Shown here: positions 60,672-64,000 of the stretch, piece by piece | Layout of the letters: each line of letters starts with the position of its first letter | Position numbering within the stretch: the stretch's first letter is position 1 | Virus record (IMG/VR): IMGVR_UViG_3300003323_000334 | Span: 1-64,000 of that record | From: a virus | Reading direction: 5' to 3' (one strand) | DNA length: 64,000 nt | Notes under the pieces: generated by a model | What the model was told of the DNA's origin: nothing | The model's database searches: none | Seen by the model: the letters and a program-made list of their open reading frames with translations, nothing else | Translations under genes and position numbers: made by a program

Positions 60672-61748
60672 ATGAAGAAACTCACGAACGATCTGAAAAA
60701 GAAGCTACGGAAAGAAAAGACCCCACAAACTCCGATAAGCGCCGAAGACTTGCTCAGCACGGGCGCCACACAACTAGACTTGGCCTGTTCCGGTAAATTA
60801 AGCGGAGGTTTTCCGAAAGGCAAGTACGTTTTACTGGTCGGGGACAGTGAGAGCGGCAAAACCTGGTTCAGCATGTCGTGCTTGGCCGAAGCGTGCCATA
60901 ATCCGTACTTCAATAACTACAGATTGGTGCACATCGATTCGGAAGACGGCGCTTCAATGGACAAGGCCGAGTATTTCGGTCGAGCACTAGAAAGGCGACT
61001 CGAAATCGTAGACCCTCCGCCAACTACGGTAGAAGAGTTCTACGACTTAATGGACGATTTACAAAAGGACGGAAGACCGTTCATAGCGGTGCTAGACAGC
61101 GAGAACGCGCTGTCAGCTCAAGCGGATCTTGCCAAGATCGAAAAGCAAAAGAAAGCCCGCCGGGAGAACGAAAAAGAAGCAGGCAACTATGGCACAGAAA
61201 AAGCCCGCGTTCACTCACAGCGTTTGCGGGTGATCAGAAACAGGTTGCGTAAAACGAAATCAATCCTTATCATCATTTCACAGACCAGACAGAACATCGG
61301 TTTCGGTTCCATGTTCGAACCGAAATCTCGTTCAGGAGGTACGGCGCTAAAATTCTTCGCCGATTTGGAACTTTGGACTTCGGTCGTCAAGAAACTGAAA
61401 TCTCCGAAAATTCGCGGCAAAGAGCACGAAATCGGAATGACGACCAAGATCAAGATTAAGAAGAACAGGATCACAGGTAAGAAGCCGTCCGTAGAAGTCG
61501 ATTTCTACCACAATACAGGGATCGACGATACGGGTTCGATGGTCAAATACCTGACCATGAACGAACAATGGAAAACTATCAAAGGCGTGATTGACGCGAA
61601 AGACCTAGGAGTAAAGCTCCCGTTCGAAAAGCTGGTCAACTGGATTGAAGCGACGGACAACGAACCGAAGCTTAGAAAACTGGTCAGAGAAGTTTGGAAG
61701 GACATCGAATCGCGAACCGCAGTCAAACGCAAGAGGAGGTACGCATGA
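60672..61748 (+). CDS. RecA-superfamily recombinase (UvsX/RecA-like)
   Basis: 358 aa. Walker A LLVGDSESGKTWF, Walker B FIAVLDSENAL, and SILIIISQTRQNIG. Confidence 0.7.
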   Translation: MKKLTNDLKKKLRKEKTPQTPISAEDLLSTGATQLDLACSGKLSGGFPKGKYVLLVGDSESGKTWFSMSCLAEACHNPYFNNYRLVHIDSEDGASMDKAEYFGRALERRLEIVDPPPTTVEEFYDLMDDLQKDGRPFIAVLDSENALSAQADLAKIEKQKKARRENEKEAGNYGTEKARVHSQRLRVIRNRLRKTKSILIIISQTRQNIGFGSMFEPKSRSGGTALKFFADLELWTSVVKKLKSPKIRGKEHEIGMTTKIKIKKNRITGKKPSVEVDFYHNTGIDDTGSMVKYLTMNEQWKTIKGVIDAKDLGVKLPFEKLVNWIEATDNEPKLRKLVREVWKDIESRTAVKRKRRYA

Positions 61749-62245
61749 TCACTGTGAGCGCCGACAAAATCAAAGAACGTCTCGCAGAAATCCACAGCAA
61801 ACCGGACAAAGAACGAACACCGGAGGAAATCGAGTTCTTAAGGACCAGCGGAGCAGTATTCGGCGGATGCTGTGAGAACTTCGCGGACAATAAAGGATGC
61901 TATTGTCTGACCAACGCTATGCAGAGATGGGGGATTAAAAGTCCTGAATCGTACACACAAGCCGCAGAAGGGATAGTAGGTGTTCCGTTTACACCTGACA
62001 ACATAAAAGGGCACTCAGGTAACAAATACGTCCGAAAAATTAAGTCCTGCATCACAAGGAAAGAAATAGGAGAAGTGGACGTTTACTCGGTAGAAAACGC
62101 TTTCGGACCTATGCCGATGGCTAGGAGCCACGCTCTGAAGAAAATCCTATGTGCCGGTTTGCGAAGCAAAGGTGACGCACAACAAGACATCAAAGAAGCG
62201 ATCGACGCTCTCAAAGAAGATCTAAAACTTTTGGAAAACTCCTAA
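61745..62245 (+). CDS. DUF3310-like protein
   Basis: ATG 61745 has an AGGAGG RBS and an ATGA overlap. The C-terminal segment VDVYSVENAFGPMPMARSHALKKILCAGLRSKGDAQQDIKEAIDAL resembles DUF3310. Confidence 0.45.
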   Translation: MITVSADKIKERLAEIHSKPDKERTPEEIEFLRTSGAVFGGCCENFADNKGCYCLTNAMQRWGIKSPESYTQAAEGIVGVPFTPDNIKGHSGNKYVRKIKSCITRKEIGEVDVYSVENAFGPMPMARSHALKKILCAGLRSKGDAQQDIKEAIDALKEDLKLLENS

Positions 62246-62257
62246 AAAGGAGAGTCC

Positions 62258-62752
62258 GTGTCAAAGACTATATTCAAAAGCCAAAAGCGATCGTGTCCTA
62301 GAAAGTACGACCATGTAAAACAAAACGAACTTCTAGCGGCCGCAGAGTACCGATTCGTGGTAGATGAATGGATATTAGGCCGATCTATAGTCAGTATTTC
62401 GATTCGTCTCGATAGGCCCGAATCAGGCGTTCGACAAATCCTAAACAACGTTTCAGGAAAATACACAGAGAACGGAATCAGGAAATGTCCTATAAACGAT
62501 CGCCTCAGTTCAGCCAGGTCTGATCTAAGTAGACGGCGAGATCCTGTATTTCAATCCGCGCAAGAAAAGGAATACTTTATCGAATGTTGGAGAAAAGGAA
62601 GAACACTATCAGAAATGTCGATCATATTCCACGTCCACAAGGACACAATCGTTAAACTGGAAGCTGTTGCCTTCCCAGCGCGAGACTGGCCTTTCTTCGG
62701 AAAAGAGTTCCAATCGAAATACCGACGTTTAGCTAAGGAGTTTAAAAAATGA
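62258..62752 (+). CDS. hypothetical protein with two HTH-like segments
   Basis: GTG start with an AAAGGAGAG RBS. HTH-like segments GRSIVSISIRLDRPESGVRQIL and GRTLSEMSIIFHVHKDTIVKL. Confidence 0.4.
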   Translation: MSKTIFKSQKRSCPRKYDHVKQNELLAAAEYRFVVDEWILGRSIVSISIRLDRPESGVRQILNNVSGKYTENGIRKCPINDRLSSARSDLSRRRDPVFQSAQEKEYFIECWRKGRTLSEMSIIFHVHKDTIVKLEAVAFPARDWPFFGKEFQSKYRRLAKEFKK

Positions 62753-63639
62753 GTAAAACTTGGCTCGTCTTAGACGTGAACTATCTGGCCCACCGTGCCA
62801 TGCACACGACCGGAAAGTTAAAGTGGGCGGGCCAAGCTACTGGCGTAACTTACGGACTGTTCCGCGACATCATCCAAATGCAGGAACAGTTCGGCGCCGA
62901 CCACATCGTGTTCTGTTTCGACCACGGCCGTGGGATAAGAAAGACGATGCTGAAGGAATACAAAAGCGAGCGGGAAAAGAAAAAGAAGAAATGGACACCT
63001 GAGCAAGTTCAGGCGTACAAACTTTTAGAAAAGGAGATTGGTCTTCTTAAAGAAATGTACCTGCCGTTCGTCGGATACGAAAACATTCTATACCAAGACG
63101 GATACGAGGCCGACGATCACATCGGCCAATTCTGCAAAACGCACACGAACATTGGTGACATTGTTGTAGTCACGGCCGACAAGGACATGTACCAGGTCCT
63201 TAGAGAAGGAGTGATCATATACAACCCGACATCGAAACAGGTCACTACGATGGACTCCTTTTATAAGGACTGGAAACTTAATCCTAAAAAGTGGACTTCG
63301 ATCAAAGCTATAGCCGGGTGTGCAACTGATCAGGTTCCTGGTATACCTGGTGTCGGTGAGAAAACGGCCGCTAAATACCTTCGCGGCGAAATGACCGACA
63401 AAGACGCCAAAGCGAACGCCAAAATCGATGATTGGATTTTCAACGGCGGTTTCGACAAGAGCAAAGAACTCGTCACTCTTCCGTTAGACGGGTGCGACAC
63501 GCACACTCCAATAGAAGACGAAATAGATCCCAAACGCTGGAAGAAGTTCTGTGCTAAACTCGGCATGAAATCGCTGATCGACAAGATTCCTGGTTTCGGT
63601 TTCGGTATCGCCAAAGGCACTATTAGGAGGGCAAAATGA
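62749..63639 (+). CDS. 5'-3' exonuclease / flap endonuclease (PIN + H3TH)
   Basis: WLVLDVNYLAHRAMH, VVTADKDMYQV and IPGVGEKTAAKYL are classic FEN / Pol I 5'-nuclease motifs. Confidence 0.8.
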   Translation: MSKTWLVLDVNYLAHRAMHTTGKLKWAGQATGVTYGLFRDIIQMQEQFGADHIVFCFDHGRGIRKTMLKEYKSEREKKKKKWTPEQVQAYKLLEKEIGLLKEMYLPFVGYENILYQDGYEADDHIGQFCKTHTNIGDIVVVTADKDMYQVLREGVIIYNPTSKQVTTMDSFYKDWKLNPKKWTSIKAIAGCATDQVPGIPGVGEKTAAKYLRGEMTDKDAKANAKIDDWIFNGGFDKSKELVTLPLDGCDTHTPIEDEIDPKRWKKFCAKLGMKSLIDKIPGFGFGIAKGTIRRAK

Positions 63640-64000
63640 CGCAGACGGAACAATTGGCCGATTTCTTGCTCAACAAAAAAACGACCGCTAAAAATAAAAC
63701 CCTGTTCTTAGCGATAGATCCAGGTAGCGAAGGCGCTATCGGAATGTTGTCCGGACAAAACTACACGGTCATTGACATACCAACTTTGAAAATAAAACGC
63801 GGAAAAGGGAAAAAGACCGTATTCGATCTACCACAAATCGTCAAACTTTTCGATATACTAGACGACACCGTTCACAACCATCAAGTAGTTGCTATCGTAG
63901 AGCAGCCTCCGCCTAGCATGGGTAAAGGAAAAGGAAGTGCTTACGGTCAGTTCAGATTAGGATGTGCTTACGCTATGTGGCCATTATTCCTCATTTCTAG
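63636..64000 (+). CDS. RuvC-like Holliday-junction resolvase, 3' end cut by window edge
   Basis: Absent from the ORF track because no stop lies in the window. ATG 63636 (ATGA overlap). Product MTQTEQLADFLLNKKTTAKNKTLFLAIDPGSEGAIGML... carries an AIDPG catalytic-Asp motif. Confidence 0.5.
   Translation, partial: MTQTEQLADFLLNKKTTAKNKTLFLAIDPGSEGAIGMLSGQNYTVIDIPTLKIKRGKGKKTVFDLPQIVKLFDILDDTVHNHQVVAIVEQPPPSMGKGKGSAYGQFRLGCAYAMWPLFLIS

Noticed and set aside
1-64000. Prophage or integrated-element boundaries, integrase, or lysogeny switch
   Set aside because: No tyrosine or serine recombinase, CI/Cro-like pair, att-like flanking repeat or host gene was recognised. The window looks like the internal part of a phage genome.

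Overview
The window reads as one contiguous stretch of a tailed dsDNA bacteriophage genome. I saw no rRNA, host housekeeping operon, integrase or CRISPR array. Layout: (a) 1-15.1 kb, minus strand, is the late/virion block. It holds an encapsulin-like HK97-fold capsid protein, a DUF2190-like decoration candidate, a DUF2213-like protease/scaffold, a DUF1073-type portal and fibre-like beta-sandwich proteins. About 4.5 kb of secreted/membrane/papain-like genes is inserted between portal and protease. (b) 15.1-17.7 kb is a repeat-rich non-coding zone surrounding a small GC-rich plus-strand island of three genes. (c) 17.7-20.2 kb, minus strand, holds the small and large terminase genes. (d) 20.3-64 kb, plus strand, is a long early/middle block. 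It encodes transcription factors (TraR/DksA-like, NusG-like, sigma factor) and a CobS/CobT-like AAA+/vWA pair. It encodes nucleotide metabolism: dCTP deaminase, a class II-like ribonucleotide reductase (RNR) and ThyX. It encodes a full replisome: SNF2 helicase, primase, initiator-like protein, DnaB-like helicase, clamp, clamp loader, and a family-A DNA polymerase (PolA) split into a uracil-DNA-glycosylase (UDG)-exonuclease gene and a polymerase gene. It also encodes a recombination module (gp32-like ssDNA-binding protein (SSB), RecA/UvsX-like recombinase, flap endonuclease (FEN), RuvC), a DNA methyltransferase (MTase), and a 7-deazaguanine DNA-modification island (queD, queE, folE, dpdA). The most interesting signal is that island. 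No queC is visible in the window, yet it carries a GT-B glycosyltransferase, a second radical-SAM enzyme, a degenerate T-fold paralogue and a 363-nt structured leader, which suggests an undescribed DNA hypermodification route. Other notable signals: three paralogous linker-histone-like winged-helix (wHTH) proteins, one with about 130 consecutive Asp/Glu residues; iteron arrays flanking the GC-rich island; recurring intergenic cassettes; and twin long-range RNA stems in the late operon. All functional calls rest on motif recognition by eye and gene context. No database search was run.
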